This document shows positions 63,023-64,000 of a stretch of DNA of 64,000 bases, one piece after another (position 1 is the first letter of the stretch; every line of letters starts with the position of its first letter). A model generated the notes under the pieces. The model worked only from the letters and a program-made list of their open reading frames with translations, was not told the origin of the DNA and searched no databases. The position numbers and the translations under genes were made by a program. The DNA comes from an uncultured bacterium (GTDB taxonomy: Bacteria > Bacillota_I > Bacilli_A > RFN20 > CAG-826): contig CASDXP010000003.1 of assembly GCA_949285455.1 (NCBI GenBank), forward strand, positions 67,210 to 131,209, read 5' to 3'.

Positions 63023-64000
63023 TTAGCTGTTTTTAGAATAGAAAGTGCTTCGTCCACTACCGTGTATGGAAATCTCACCACTTTCCACAAGTTTTTTCAA
63101 AGACGCAGCTACCGATGACCTTTCAATCGAGGGACAAAGTTCCATAATTTCACTTCTTGTAAACTTGCCGACTTTTCTTGCGATTGCCTGGCGCACTTGC
63201 TCGATAGCAGGAAGTTTTGTGTCTATAAGTGCTATTCTATTTTCAAAGTCACGATAAGCCGAAAGAATTACACCCAAAAGATATTTGATGAACTGCGTAT
63301 TGTCCGATTTATCTTCATGCCACCCCACCGATGCGGATTGAAGGGCACCGTAATAGGCATCCTTTGTCTTTTCGATTTTTTGTTCAAGACTTATATATCG
63401 TCCAACTAAATATCCAGAACGATATAACAATAACGTTGTTAAAAGCCTACTCATTCTGCCGTTGCCGTCATTGAACGGATGGATGCATAGAAAATCATTG
63501 ATAAAGATCGGAATCAATATCAATGGGTCTACAATTCCATTATCTACCGCGCGATTATAATTCTCACAGATAGAATCTACCGCTTCCGGCGTTGCGTATG
63601 GTGCAAGTGGTTCAAATCGTATTACTTCAGTTCCGTCACTTCTGATTTCTTGGATATAATTCTGCACATTTTTGAACCTACCCCCTATGCTGCGCCCTGA
63701 ATATTGATAAAGGATATCATGTAGTTGCAAGATATAATTGCGATTTATAGGGATATACTCAAAGTTTTGATGTATTGTTTTTAACACTTCCCTATAACCA
63801 CTTATTTCTTCTTCATCACGATTCCTCGGCGTAGTCTTCTCCTCGCATAACTGTTTTATTCTCGTGCTGGTTGTGATTATACCCTCGATTTTGTTTGATG
63901 ACTCAACACTTTGAATTTTGGCAATCTCAACGAGCTTTTCTAAAACCATAGGTTTTTGAGCCAAAAAAAACTCTTGTTTTCCTTTGCACTCATGTATCTT
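63023..64000 (-). CDS. Fic-family protein, paralogue of the upstream one; 5' end may lie beyond the window
   Basis: HPFNDGNGRMSRLLT; ESSNKIEGI (SxxxEG). Track start at 63964 uses TTG and the frame stays open to position 64000. Confidence 0.75.
   Translation of the reverse strand, partial: KIHECKGKQEFFLAQKPMVLEKLVEIAKIQSVESSNKIEGIITTSTRIKQLCEEKTTPRNRDEEEISGYREVLKTIHQNFEYIPINRNYILQLHDILYQYSGRSIGGRFKNVQNYIQEIRSDGTEVIRFEPLAPYATPEAVDSICENYNRAVDNGIVDPLILIPIFINDFLCIHPFNDGNGRMSRLLTTLLLYRSGYLVGRYISLEQKIEKTKDAYYGALQSASVGWHEDKSDNTQFIKYLLGVILSAYRDFENRIALIDTKLPAIEQVRQAIARKVGKFTRSEIMELCPSIERSSVAASLKKLVESGEISIHGSGRSTFYSKNS

Overview
This is a low-GC (~30%) chromosomal segment using the standard genetic code: TGA acts as a stop (for example the ATGA stop/start overlap at 30334) and Trp is encoded by TGG only. 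Gene order and lipoprotein content (a very large OppA lipoprotein, a BspA-type LRR protein) suggest an Acholeplasma-, Erysipelotrichia- or Mollicute-like Bacillota organism rather than Mycoplasma or Spiroplasma.

Coordinates 1-16994 are a single minus-strand housekeeping block: partial Zn-PLC-like gene, FolT-like ECF S component, folC, smpB, a degenerate CapA-like protein, an NYN-domain protein, galE, gatBAC, ligA, pcrA, a Wzy_C membrane protein and an alpha/beta hydrolase. Further along are asnS and a tsaE-tsaB-(rimI::tsaD fusion) operon. A TPP riboswitch controls a ThiT-like transporter that carries an extra N-terminal membrane domain.

The most clearly resolved event is an IS1634/IS4-family insertion sequence (1976 bp, 560-aa DDE transposase) inserted into the 3' end of ung. 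It is flanked by an exact 75-bp direct target duplication, and removing the IS plus one repeat copy reconstitutes the native ung C-terminus.

Downstream lie a glycan-assembly locus (GT4, GT, GT4, Wzx flippase), the oppABCDF operon followed by an LRR surface protein, a TupA-like ATP-grasp gene, a second Wzy_C-like membrane protein, a GH13-patatin-CPCC operon, a P-loop kinase with an acyl-ACP thioesterase, a Y-family polymerase with a YolD-like gene, an ABC-ATPase::FtsX fusion divergent from a 1138-aa Big_2/M6-type zinc metalloprotease, mscS, a 544-aa protein with three internal repeats, and two tandem class-II Fic genes. No tRNA, rRNA or CRISPR array was found. All family assignments come from motifs read by eye; no database search was run.
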